From: Lentisphaerota bacterium
Lineage (GTDB): Bacteria > Verrucomicrobiota > Lentisphaeria > Victivallales > Victivallaceae
Reading direction: 5' to 3'
Assembly: GCA_015061495.1 (NCBI GenBank)
Contig: SUWL01000004.1
Span: forward strand, 115 to 64,114
DNA length: 64,000 nt
Shown piece by piece: positions 1-8,805 of the stretch. Made by a program: the position numbers and the translations under genes. Below the pieces are notes generated by a model. The model did not search any database. It saw only the letters and a program-made list of their open reading frames with translations, and had not been told where the DNA came from. How positions within the stretch are numbered: the first letter of the stretch is position 1; every line of letters begins with the position of its first letter.

Positions 1-302
1 CTTACTTCTTTTCCCGCGAAAATAGATGCTTGCTTTTCTTTGCCTACTTTCTTTTCGTGGAAAAGAAAGTAGGGAAGTTCGCTTTTCTTGTCTTACTTCT
101 TTTCTCGTGAAAATAGATGCTTGCTTTTCTTTGCCTACTTTCTTTTCATGGAAAAGAAAGTAGGGAAGTTCGCTTTTCTTGTCTTACTTCTTTTCTCGTG
201 AAAATAGATGCTTGCTTTTCTTTGCCTACTTTCTTTTCTGGAAAAGAAAGTAGGGTAGTTCGCTTTTCTTGTCTTACTTCTTTTCTCGTGAAAAGAAGTA
301 AG
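1..302. repeat. Tandem array of a 91-bp unit built from AT-rich perfect hairpins. Copies start at 1, 92 and 183, with a partial 4th copy from 273. The window truncates the array on the left.
   Basis: Read directly from the sequence. The unit cttacttcttttcYcgYgaaaatagatgcttgcttttctttgcctactttcttttc-loop-gaaaagaaagtagggaagttcgcttttcttgt recurs with periods 91, 91 and 90. The inner hairpin is cctactttcttttc/gaaaagaaagtagg (14 bp). The last copy closes into cttacttcttttc-tcgt-gaaaagaagtaag at 273-302. Confidence 0.9.
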
Positions 303-2706
303 GGGTGGGGGGCCAGAGGTGTTTGGGGTAGCGGCTGCGCATTTCGGTGCGGACGAGAGACCAGGAGCCGCGCCAGAAGCCGGGGAGGTCGCTGGTGATT
401 TGGACGGGGCGGCGTGCCGGGGAGAGCAGTTCGAGGCGCAGAGGCATACGTTTTTTGCCGACGGATGGGTGGGTATCGATGCCGTAAAGTTCCTGAATAA
501 TGATCGGCAGGGTGGGTTGTTCTGCAGAGTAGTCGATGCGGAAGCGGCGGCCTGACGGAGCGGTAAAATATTCGGGGCAGAGGCGATCGACTTCGGCGAG
601 GGTGGAAAAATCGATCGCGGAGCGCAGGAGGTTGTAAAAATCAACTTTTTTCAGTTCATTTATCGAAGAAATTCCGCCGGGGAAAAAGTTGGCGGCTGAA
701 AGCAGAAAAGCTGTAATATCAGAAAGATCCGGCAATTCATCCATGCCGCAGGTTCTGGCGAAGCGGATACGGTCGAACAGGGCGGTGGCGCGTTTATCTT
801 CCGGAGGGGGCAGTGAGATGGAGCGGCGGGCGCACTCTTTGATCAATGCGGGCAGAGCGGTTGCCGGATCGGTGGCGCAAGGCCGCCGGTTCAGGATCAA
901 ATCATCGAGTTTGGTTTCCCGGAACGAGAGGAGTTTTTCTGATTCCGGGTCAAAAATGGTGGAAGTTGATTCGCTGATGTGTTCAGAAAAAAAGTGTTCC
1001 AGGGTGGATTTTCCGATCGGGACGGCGAGGCGGATGGCGGAATTGCCGGAAGTTGCAGAGCCGTCGAGCCGGGCAATGGCGAGGAACGGTGATTTGCGCA
1101 GAAAGTCGTGTTCCTGAAGTCTGGCGGCACTGCCGTTGGCAAGTTGATATACGGTTCCCATTTCGGAGCGGTTTCTGGCGATCCACTCCGGAAATGCCAG
1201 AGCAATTGGCAGACCGGGGTCATCATCGGTTTGTGGCGGAGCGGGCGGAAAAATTTTTATAAGCCGGTCAAAAATAGTACGCTGCAGCTGATATTTGCGG
1301 GGAGAAGAGTGCATGGCGGCAATGCGTTCATGCAAATCGGCGGAATCAAAGCGCAAAAAGTCATCTTTTTCTTCTAAAATTGCGGCAAATTCAGCGGCAG
1401 TGCGCCGCAGAGATGCGGGGGAATGGATCATCATGGCGGCGATACGGGGCGAAACCGGCAGAGTTGAAGCGAGTTTTCCTGCGGGGGTGGGGCGGTTTTC
1501 CGGGGAAAACAGTCCGAGTTTCCGGAGCAGAGCCGCAGCGGTATCCACGGCGGGCTGCGGTGGAGCATCCAGCCATGAAAGGGAATTTACATCGCTGCCC
1601 CAGCATCCGGCGGCAAGGAGCAAGGCGGATAATTCGGCATTGAGGATCTCCGGGGTGATATTTTCGGCAAACTGTTCAAACGTGAAGCGGTTATAACAGC
1701 GGATCGCCACGCCCGGCGCGGTGCGTCCTGCCCGTCCTGCCCGCTGTGCCGCCGAAGCTTTGGTGATCCGGGAGTGTTCCAGAAAGGTCATTTGTGAACC
1801 GGGATGCCAGACGGCACGTTTTTCCCAGCCGGAATCAATGACACAGCGGACGGAATCAATGGTCAAACTGCTTTCGGCGATGTTGGTGGCGAGGATGATT
1901 TTGCGTTTGCCGTCCGGTTCTGCGGAAAGGGCGGTGCGCTGTTGTTCCAGAGAGAGTGAACCGTGGAGAAGATGGATGGCAAAATTATCCGCCAGAGGTG
2001 GTTGCAGGATCAATGCGGTTTGCCGGATCTCTTCGGCACCGGGCAGGAAAACCAGAATATTTCCGTCGGAAGAGTGGATATTTTCCAACACGGTTCTGGC
2101 GATTTGCCGCGGCAGTTCCCGCAAGTCATTATCAGTTTCCCGGTAACGGATGTCGATGGGGAAACCGCGCCCCGGCACGCGGATTTGCGGAACGTTGAGA
2201 AAGGCGGCAATGCGGGCGGGATCCATGGTCGCGGACATGACTGCAATCATCAAGTCATTCCGCAATGACGAACGGCTGTCGCAAGCGAGAGTCAGCGCCA
2301 GATCCGATTCCAGAGACCGTTCGTGGAACTCATCGAAAACCACTGCGGAAATACCATCCAGAAATGGGTCATGCTGAAGCATTTGCAGCAAAATTCCCGG
2401 GGTGACAGCCAGAATGCCGTCCGGTTGACAGCGGCACTGTTCGCCCCGGACGGAAAAACCGGTTTCCCTGCCGACAGTGAAGTTATGCATTCCGGCGATA
2501 CCGTAAGCTGCGGCGCGGGCGGCGATGCGGCGCGGTTCAACGAGGATGGTCAACCCGCGCGGAGCGATTTCCCGGATCAGTACGGGGATCAGCATGGTTT
2601 TGCCGGCACCCGGTTCGGCGGCAATGACTGCGGTTCCGCCGGAGGCAAGGGCGGCAGAAATTTCATCAAGGTGTTGAAACACCGGAAGTTCGGGGAAATT
2701 ATTCAT
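274..2706 (-). CDS. hrpB: ATP-dependent RNA helicase HrpB (DEAH-box)
   Basis: 810-aa ORF. Walker A AEPGAGKT, DEAH box VVFDEFHERS, motif SAT (VMSATM), QRAGRAGR, and an HrpB-type C-terminal domain ending RYPKHLWP. The last ~9 codons (YFFSREKK) lie inside the hairpin repeat at 273-302. Confidence 0.9.
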   Translation of the reverse strand: MNNFPELPVFQHLDEISAALASGGTAVIAAEPGAGKTMLIPVLIREIAPRGLTILVEPRRIAARAAAYGIAGMHNFTVGRETGFSVRGEQCRCQPDGILAVTPGILLQMLQHDPFLDGISAVVFDEFHERSLESDLALTLACDSRSSLRNDLMIAVMSATMDPARIAAFLNVPQIRVPGRGFPIDIRYRETDNDLRELPRQIARTVLENIHSSDGNILVFLPGAEEIRQTALILQPPLADNFAIHLLHGSLSLEQQRTALSAEPDGKRKIILATNIAESSLTIDSVRCVIDSGWEKRAVWHPGSQMTFLEHSRITKASAAQRAGRAGRTAPGVAIRCYNRFTFEQFAENITPEILNAELSALLLAAGCWGSDVNSLSWLDAPPQPAVDTAAALLRKLGLFSPENRPTPAGKLASTLPVSPRIAAMMIHSPASLRRTAAEFAAILEEKDDFLRFDSADLHERIAAMHSSPRKYQLQRTIFDRLIKIFPPAPPQTDDDPGLPIALAFPEWIARNRSEMGTVYQLANGSAARLQEHDFLRKSPFLAIARLDGSATSGNSAIRLAVPIGKSTLEHFFSEHISESTSTIFDPESEKLLSFRETKLDDLILNRRPCATDPATALPALIKECARRSISLPPPEDKRATALFDRIRFARTCGMDELPDLSDITAFLLSAANFFPGGISSINELKKVDFYNLLRSAIDFSTLAEVDRLCPEYFTAPSGRRFRIDYSAEQPTLPIIIQELYGIDTHPSVGKKRMPLRLELLSPARRPVQITSDLPGFWRGSWSLVRTEMRSRYPKHLWPPTPYFFSREKK

Positions 2707-3704
2707 TGCTTGCGTTTGCGTTTTGCCAGCGGGTGGGCATCGGAGTAGACTTTTTTCAGCCGTTCCGCACTGACATGGGTGTAGATCTGGGTGGTGGCGA
2801 GGTTTTCGTGTCCGAGCATTTCCTGCACACTGCGCAGATCGGCCCCGGCATCCAGCAGATGAGTGGCAAAAGAGTGGCGCAGTTTGTGAGGGGTGAAATC
2901 CGGGGGCAATCCGGCGGCGGCGAGATAATCTTTCAAATTCCGCTGAAAAGAGCGCGGAGTCAGCCTGGAGCCGCTCTGATTGAGAAATAGCGGTGCGTTT
3001 CCGTCCCGGCTGCCGCCTGCGGCGTTGCGGTAACGCAGATATTCCCGGAGAGCCTGTTTGGCGGGAGTGCCCAGCACGGCGAGCCGTTCTTTTTTGCCCT
3101 TGCCTCGGACTTTGATGATACCGCTGGAAATGTCGGCTTCGGAATAGTTCAAATTGAGAACTTCGCTGATGCGCAGTCCGCCGGAATAGATCGCTTCGAT
3201 GATGGCTTTATCCCGGGAGGAGGAAAAAAGTGCGCCGCCTTCGCTTTTGACGGTACCGCATGCCAGATGTTCCTGCCAGAAAGAGTCCACGGCGGCGATG
3301 AGAGATTCGATCTGATTGATGGTCATGACTTTGGGAAGCGGTTTATCCGCTTTTATCATCGGCAGATTGTCAAAAGGGTTGTCAGCAGAAGCCCCGATAA
3401 GCATCAGATAACGGTAAAATGCCCGCATTGCCGAGAGTTTCCGCTGAATGGAGCGTTTGGCATTGCCGGATTCATAAAGTTCCATCACAAAAGTGCGCGC
3501 CTGATCCCGGTCAACGCTTTGCCAGTCGTCAAATTCGCTGTCGGAATTGCGGACTTTGACGGCAAATTCCACGATGCCGGAGGTGTAAGCCGCAATGGTA
3601 TGAGGGGAAGAATTTTTCTCAATTTGCAGGTGCCGGATGAATCCGGTGAGAAATTTTCCGGTTTTGACAGTTTTTTTTTCGTTTTTCATTTGCACCACAC
3701 ACAT
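2703..3704 (-). CDS. Tyrosine site-specific recombinase, XerC/XerD family
   Basis: Catalytic C-terminus HKLRHSFATHLLDAGADLRSVQEMLGHENLATTQIYTHV. N-terminal core-binding domain FIRHLQIEKNSSPHTIAAYTSG. The stop overlaps the hrpB start (ATGA at 2703-2706). The start is either ATG 3704 or ATG 3689. Confidence 0.88.
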   Translation of the reverse strand: MCVVQMKNEKKTVKTGKFLTGFIRHLQIEKNSSPHTIAAYTSGIVEFAVKVRNSDSEFDDWQSVDRDQARTFVMELYESGNAKRSIQRKLSAMRAFYRYLMLIGASADNPFDNLPMIKADKPLPKVMTINQIESLIAAVDSFWQEHLACGTVKSEGGALFSSSRDKAIIEAIYSGGLRISEVLNLNYSEADISSGIIKVRGKGKKERLAVLGTPAKQALREYLRYRNAAGGSRDGNAPLFLNQSGSRLTPRSFQRNLKDYLAAAGLPPDFTPHKLRHSFATHLLDAGADLRSVQEMLGHENLATTQIYTHVSAERLKKVYSDAHPLAKRKRKQ

Positions 3705-3769
3705 TAGTCAAGTATATTAAGATACTGTGTAATTGTGAAAAGTCAATCCAGAAAGGAAAAATAATCGTT

Positions 3770-4642
3770 ATGAATAAGAAAATTTTTACTGTTTTCGCTG
3801 TTTTTTCCGGAGTAATGGCCCTTGCGGCGGCAGATTTCGTCCGCGGCACAGTGAATGCTGATCTGCTCAATATGCGGGTGAAACCGGGTATCCGGGAAGC
3901 AGTGGCAGGTAAAATCGTGGAAAATACCGAAGTGCAGATCACCAGAGTTTGCGGCAACTGGCTGGAAATCAAAGCTCCGGAAAATTTGAAGATCTTTGTC
4001 GCCGTCACCCGTATCAACCGCAACAGCGTGGTTACCGGCGAATTGAATATGCGTTCGGCAATGGATACCAAATCTCCGATCCTCGGGGTGTTGAATAAAG
4101 GTACCAAAGTCGAGCAGATCGGTACCGTCAAACACGGCTGGGTGCAGATCAAAAAACCCGCGGAAGCTGATATCAGACTGTATGTTTCCGCTTTTCTGAT
4201 CAAATATGATTCCTCCAAATTTGATGCCAACGGCAACATCATCGGTGCCGCTGTTGCTCCTGTCCCGGAAAAAAAGGAAACTCCCGCTGTCGAAGAGGTT
4301 AAAACTCCTGCTGCTCCTGCTCCGGAAAAAAAGGAAACTCCTGCAGTCGAAGAGGTTAAAACTCCCGCGGCTCCTGCAGTCGAAGAGGTTAAAACTCCCG
4401 CGGCTCCGGAAAAAATTGAGCTTACCGGCGTGTTGACCAGATATAAATTCAGCACTTCCAAAGATACTGAATATGTACTGCTTACTGCACCGAATGGTTA
4501 CAATCAGGCTTTTGTGACCGGCGACAGCGCCGTTTTGAGTGCCAATGAGAATAAAAAAGTGAAAATCACCGGTTCAGCCGCCGGAAGATTCGGCGAAAAT
4601 GGTGCAATTATCGTAAAAATTGAGTCCGTAAGCGCCATTTAA
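3770..4642 (+). CDS. Secreted protein with two SH3b-like domains and a repetitive Pro/Glu/Lys linker
   Basis: Signal-peptide-like start MNKKIFTVFAVFSGVMALAAA. Two SH3b-like segments (LNMRVKPG...GNWLEIKAP and LNMRSAMD...HGWVQIKKP). Linker with PEKKETPAVEEVKTPAAPA repeats. Confidence 0.7.
   Translation: MNKKIFTVFAVFSGVMALAAADFVRGTVNADLLNMRVKPGIREAVAGKIVENTEVQITRVCGNWLEIKAPENLKIFVAVTRINRNSVVTGELNMRSAMDTKSPILGVLNKGTKVEQIGTVKHGWVQIKKPAEADIRLYVSAFLIKYDSSKFDANGNIIGAAVAPVPEKKETPAVEEVKTPAAPAPEKKETPAVEEVKTPAAPAVEEVKTPAAPEKIELTGVLTRYKFSTSKDTEYVLLTAPNGYNQAFVTGDSAVLSANENKKVKITGSAAGRFGENGAIIVKIESVSAI
4265..4410 (+). repeat. In-frame 57-bp (19-codon) tandem repeat inside the SH3b gene, about 2.5 copies
   Basis: ccggaaaaaaaggaaactcc..gtcgaagaggttaaaactcc..gctcctgc occurs at 4265 and 4322. 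A partial third copy starts at 4379. Confidence 0.85.
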
Positions 4643-4758
4643 TTATGAAAACCGGACTATAAAATGATATTTTTTTCCCTCTTGGGGTTGAAAAAATCCC
4701 CTTGAGGGTGTAATAGTATATAATCAGTAGTGTATAAACCTGAAAGGAAAACAGGAAA

Positions 4759-6699
4759 TTGGAAAATAACGAAGACTTCAAACGGTCGGATGACCGCGCA
4801 CGGCTGTTGACCAAGTTATCGGTCATCGGCGGTATCGTAACGCTGATTTTGCTGGTGTCAGTGATGATTTTAGCATCCACACGCGGCGGAGATGTGCTGT
4901 CACTGGCGGCGATTCCCTATGCACTGGGGTTGCTGTTTGCAGCAGCGGCATTCATCTACAGTATTCTTTTCGGCTCGGTTCAGCGGGAAGACGAGGAGAA
5001 AAAACTGCTTGCCAAACGGATGGAGAGCCGTGCGCTCAATGTCGAGGAAGATGTGAGATTCACCGCCGGCAGAAGTTTTGCCAATTATGAGAAATTCGCG
5101 CCATTCGTGATCGCCGTTGCCGCAATGGCGATCATCGCTCTGATGCTGTGGAAAAATGCCGGCATGTGGAATCTCCGTGGTGAAGCCGGCGTGACCATGA
5201 GCGGTTCTCCGGTGCATACCGCATTGATCGCCGCAGTGCTGATGATGGTCAGTGCCCTCGCCGGAGCATTCATGGTCGGTCAATCCCGGATGCCCGGATA
5301 CCGTTGGCTGCGTCCGCTGGGGGCATGGCTGCTGATGGGGTTCGTAACTCTTGCTGCAGCATCGGTTTCTGCACTCTTTTTCAACAGCAATATCGTTTCT
5401 GTTGATCCGGTTGCCGCCAAGGTGTTTTTCTGGCTGTTCGTGGTACTCGGCGCGGAATTTGCCGTCAATTTTGTCATCGAATTTTACCGTCCCCGCACTC
5501 TGGGAGAGAGCCGTCCGGTTTTTGAGAGCCAGCTGCTGGCACTCTTTACTGAACCAGGCGGTGTGCTGCGCAATATCGCATCCGCACTGGATTACCAGTT
5601 CGGCTTCAAAGTATCCGGCACCTGGATATATGGATTTATTGAACGTTCATTTTTTCCGGTGCTGATCCTCTGGGCGGTGCTTTTCTGGGGGTTCACGGCG
5701 ATTCATGAAGTCGGTCCGGGCAACGTCGGTATCCGTGAACAATTCGGCAGAGCCGATACCGCCAATGTGCTTGAACCGGGAATTTACTGGACACTGCCGT
5801 ATCCATTCGGCACGATCCGTCAATTCAGCTGTTCCGAAGTCCGCAAACTGGTGATCGGTGAAACCGCTGAAACAGCCAAAGAACGTTCCAATTCTCCGGT
5901 GATCCTCTGGACCAACGCCCACGGCGGAGCAAAAGATCCTTTCGTGGTGGCTGCCAATGAATCAACAGATGATGCTGCCAAAGGACGTGAAAATTCCGAA
6001 AGTTCCAGTATTTCTTTTGTCAATATGGCGATCCCTGTGGAATACCGGATCACCGAAAAAGGTCTGATCAAATTTGCTTACGAAAATGCCGATCCGGAAA
6101 AGATCCTGAAAAAACTTGGTGAACAGGCTGTCGTCGAGTTCCTCGCCGGTACGACCATGTCCACTGATGGCGAAGGATTTCTCGCCAAGGGCCGCGGAGA
6201 AGCTGAAAAAGCGATCCAGGCCAAACTCCAGGGGCTCGTCGATAAGAACAATTTGGGCGTGGAGATCATCCGCGTGGCAATTATGGATGCGCATCCGCCG
6301 GTCGAAAATGTCGCTCCGGCATATCAAAATGTTATCGCTTCGATCGAGGAAAAACAGACCGAGATCCTGAAAGCCAAAGCCTATGAGAAAACTCTGATTC
6401 CCGCCGCCGCCGCTATGGCGTACACAATCGAGAAGACCGCTGCCAACCGTGCAGAATGTCTCCGGGTGGTCGCCGATGCCGAAAGTAAACGCTTCGCCAA
6501 GCAGCTGCAGGCTTACCGGGCGATGAAATCCATGTTTATCCTCAATTCCCAGATGGACGTGCTGGAATCCGAAACTGCCGGATTGCAGAAATATGTGGTT
6601 CCTGCAGAGTATAAAGATACCGTTTTCCAGATGAATTTTGAAAAGAATGAACGTCTGGATCTGGTCGATTTGAATGTTTCTGAATTAAGTGACAAATAA
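4759..6699 (+). CDS. Polytopic membrane protein with a C-terminal SPFH (band 7, HflK/C-like) domain
   Basis: 646 aa with a TTG start. The N-terminal ~300 aa contain several hydrophobic helices. The C-terminal half resembles HflK/C (GNVGIREQFGR...LEPGIYWTLPYPFG, then a coiled-coil region EEKQTEILKAKAYEK). Confidence 0.7.
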   Translation: MENNEDFKRSDDRARLLTKLSVIGGIVTLILLVSVMILASTRGGDVLSLAAIPYALGLLFAAAAFIYSILFGSVQREDEEKKLLAKRMESRALNVEEDVRFTAGRSFANYEKFAPFVIAVAAMAIIALMLWKNAGMWNLRGEAGVTMSGSPVHTALIAAVLMMVSALAGAFMVGQSRMPGYRWLRPLGAWLLMGFVTLAAASVSALFFNSNIVSVDPVAAKVFFWLFVVLGAEFAVNFVIEFYRPRTLGESRPVFESQLLALFTEPGGVLRNIASALDYQFGFKVSGTWIYGFIERSFFPVLILWAVLFWGFTAIHEVGPGNVGIREQFGRADTANVLEPGIYWTLPYPFGTIRQFSCSEVRKLVIGETAETAKERSNSPVILWTNAHGGAKDPFVVAANESTDDAAKGRENSESSSISFVNMAIPVEYRITEKGLIKFAYENADPEKILKKLGEQAVVEFLAGTTMSTDGEGFLAKGRGEAEKAIQAKLQGLVDKNNLGVEIIRVAIMDAHPPVENVAPAYQNVIASIEEKQTEILKAKAYEKTLIPAAAAMAYTIEKTAANRAECLRVVADAESKRFAKQLQAYRAMKSMFILNSQMDVLESETAGLQKYVVPAEYKDTVFQMNFEKNERLDLVDLNVSELSDK

Positions 6700-6730
6700 A
6701 AACAAATAATATTGGAGGCTGAATTAAATC

Positions 6731-7663
6731 ATGGCAAAGGGTAATTTCTTCAAACATTGGCCGACTATGCTGCTCGGTCTGATCGTGGCAATCGTGCTGC
6801 TTACAGCGGTATTTTCGTTCCAGCTCAACCAGACCGAGGTGGCAGTAGTAACCACATTCGGCAGACCGGCGGTGGTGGCGGAACCGGGACTTCACTTCCG
6901 CTGGCCGTTCCCCTTTCAGAAAGTTTACCGTTTTGATAAACGCATACGCTGTTATGAAGGCAGCAGCGGTAAACTCGAAGAAACCGTTACTTCCGATGGT
7001 CACAACATCATCGTCGGCATCTATGTCAACTATCAAATCGGTGATGTCGAACTCTTTTTCAGCAAACTTAAAGATATCTCCAATGCTGAAGATGTCCTCA
7101 ATACTTTTATGCGCAGCGCCAAAAATACCGCATTCGGCGCCCATAAATTCGATCAGGTCGTCAATGCTGATGCCAAACAGCTGATGCTCGGCACCATCAT
7201 CAGCGAGATCAAAAGTTCTCTGGAAAAAGATACCGCTTCTCTGGGTATCAGCATCGTCGATGTCGGTATCAGCAGTCTGGGCGTGCCCAAAACTGTTACC
7301 GAAAAGGTCTTTGAACGGATGATCGCTGAACGCAAACAGTATGCGGATGAAAAGATCGCCCAGGGTAAAAAAGAGGCGGAAACCATCCGGGTCGATGCCA
7401 ATTTGCAGCGGGATAAAGTTATCGCTGATGCCGAAGCCAAAGCCCTTGAATTGCGCGCAGAAGGCGATGCTGAAGCTGCTAAATCCTATGAGAAATTCAA
7501 AGCCGATCCCGAACTTGCCGAATTTCTCCGCAAAATCGAAGCCTTGCGGATCATGCTCCGCGGCCGCACCACCCTGGTTATCAATACCGATATGCCCCCG
7601 TTCGATCTGCTTAAATCCGGTGCTTCCGTCCCCGGTAAAAAAGCTGACAACGCCGAGAAGTAA
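6731..7663 (+). CDS. hflC: SPFH-domain protein, HflC-like
   Basis: 310 aa with a single N-terminal TM helix. VVTTFGRP...EPGLHFRWPFPFQKVYRFDKR, followed by an AERK..A..EAE coiled-coil tail typical of HflC. Confidence 0.75.
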   Translation: MAKGNFFKHWPTMLLGLIVAIVLLTAVFSFQLNQTEVAVVTTFGRPAVVAEPGLHFRWPFPFQKVYRFDKRIRCYEGSSGKLEETVTSDGHNIIVGIYVNYQIGDVELFFSKLKDISNAEDVLNTFMRSAKNTAFGAHKFDQVVNADAKQLMLGTIISEIKSSLEKDTASLGISIVDVGISSLGVPKTVTEKVFERMIAERKQYADEKIAQGKKEAETIRVDANLQRDKVIADAEAKALELRAEGDAEAAKSYEKFKADPELAEFLRKIEALRIMLRGRTTLVINTDMPPFDLLKSGASVPGKKADNAEK

Positions 7664-7672
7664 GGAGCGATC

Positions 7673-8803
7673 ATGGAGGAAAATAAAAGCGTAATCACCA
7701 ATGAATTCGACCGCAGCGGCCGTTACGACGCCGGGTTGAAGGCATTGGCAAAAAGTCTGCGCGTGGCATTTTTGCTGCTGTTGATCGGCATCATCGCCAC
7801 CTTGATCTACTTTTTCAGCGGAGCAGGTTACTTCTCCGTTGAACCCCAGCAGGCGGTGATCGTTTCCCGTTTCGGCAAGATCGTCGGAGTTTACACCACC
7901 GGCGGACACTGGTTCCTGCCTTATCCGGTCAATCAGTTCATCCGGGTGCAGACCAGTCAGCAGCTTCTGGAAGTGGAATTCGCCGCCGCTGCCTCTCCCA
8001 ATGGCGAGAGCGGCTCTCTGGAACCGGGCAAAGACAACTACATCATGACCGGTGATGCCAATGTGGTTCACAGTTCATGGACGATCGCCTACCGCGTGGA
8101 CAATCCGCAAAAATATTATTGCAAACTGCTGACTCCGCAATTCCCCGTGGAAAACGGCAAAGTCATGCCCGACGATGAGTTCGTCGATGCCGACGGGATG
8201 ACCGGTACCCGCGGACCGGTGACCTATTTGCGCAATCTTTTCCGCAGAGCGGTGATCACAGTAACTTCCGGAGCAGTGGTCAACGACATCCTCTACGCCG
8301 GACAGAGCGAATACAGCAGCGCCGTCGCCGGAGAATTCCGCCGTCTGGTCGCCGCCGGTGACAGCGGTATCGTCATCGACAATGTGGCTCTCAACCGCAT
8401 CTATCCGCCGGCTAAAACCAAAGATGCATTTGAAGAGGTGACCGCCGCTGCCAATAAGAGTTCAGCCATGCGCAATGAGGCTCTCGCCTATCAGAAAACC
8501 CAGGAAAATGAAGCAGTTGCCGCCAGCCGCGCAATCGTTGCCGATGCTGAAAAGTACCGTAATCAGGTGCAGAAACAGCTCGAAGCACGCAGTACTTACT
8601 TCAAACGTATCCTGGAAAATCAGAATTCCGGCACCCTCACCATGGCGCTTTACACCGAAATGCTTAAAGAGGTCGCCGCCGCAATTCAGGGTGATGACAG
8701 CGATAAATTCGTACTCGGTCCGCAGGGAGGTACCATGTGGATGAAACTTAACCGTGAACCTAAAACTTCGTCCTCCGGGCAGAATGCACAGGGAGGTAAA
8801 TAA
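7673..8803 (+). CDS. hflK: SPFH-domain protein, HflK-like
   Basis: 376 aa with an N-terminal TM helix. VEPQQAVIVSRFGK...HWFLPYPV, and MTGDANVVHSSWTIAYRVDNPQKYY resembling the HflK TGD.N.V motif. Confidence 0.72.
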   Translation: MEENKSVITNEFDRSGRYDAGLKALAKSLRVAFLLLLIGIIATLIYFFSGAGYFSVEPQQAVIVSRFGKIVGVYTTGGHWFLPYPVNQFIRVQTSQQLLEVEFAAAASPNGESGSLEPGKDNYIMTGDANVVHSSWTIAYRVDNPQKYYCKLLTPQFPVENGKVMPDDEFVDADGMTGTRGPVTYLRNLFRRAVITVTSGAVVNDILYAGQSEYSSAVAGEFRRLVAAGDSGIVIDNVALNRIYPPAKTKDAFEEVTAAANKSSAMRNEALAYQKTQENEAVAASRAIVADAEKYRNQVQKQLEARSTYFKRILENQNSGTLTMALYTEMLKEVAAAIQGDDSDKFVLGPQGGTMWMKLNREPKTSSSGQNAQGGK

Positions 8804-8805
8804 TT

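Noticed and set aside
1-644. ORFs 117..398(+) and 135..644(-) across the 91-bp array, and a possible CRISPR interpretation of the arrays at 1-302 and 44369-44971.
   Set aside because: The ORFs are translations of the repeat and of the hrpB antisense strand. The arrays consist of near-identical long units with no unique spacers, and no cas genes are in the window, so they are not CRISPR.
2703-3704. The tyrosine recombinase as the integrase of a mobile element, possibly linked to the tRNA-Asn repeats.
   Set aside because: It has the XerC/D-type two-domain sequence, is translationally coupled to hrpB, is flanked by housekeeping genes and lies 41 kb from the tRNA. No excisionase, phage or conjugation genes and no flanking direct repeats were seen.
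3709-3741. A dif-like site next to the Xer recombinase gene: ttagtcaagtat-attaag-atactgtgtaatt, with 5-bp inner inverted arms around a 6-bp spacer.
   Set aside because: The inner arms (GTAT/ATAC) do not match the conserved ATAA/TTAT core of XerCD dif sites. The outer arms are barely palindromic, and dif is not expected beside xerC. This is more likely promoter or operator sequence, or chance.
6542-8071. Long antisense ORFs opposite well-supported genes. Examples: 6542..8071(-) 509 aa, 9484..10458(-), 23324..24541(+), 30124..31173(-), 38529..40322(+) 597 aa, 45444..46838(-), 46850..48226(-), 57115..58308(-), 58523..60382(-) 619 aa, 60859..61833(-).
   Set aside because: Each lies entirely antisense to a gene with unmistakable family motifs. 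Their translations are compositionally odd (runs of D/G/F/H/R), contain no recognisable motifs and have no RBS context. Such shadow ORFs are expected by chance in genes with this codon bias.
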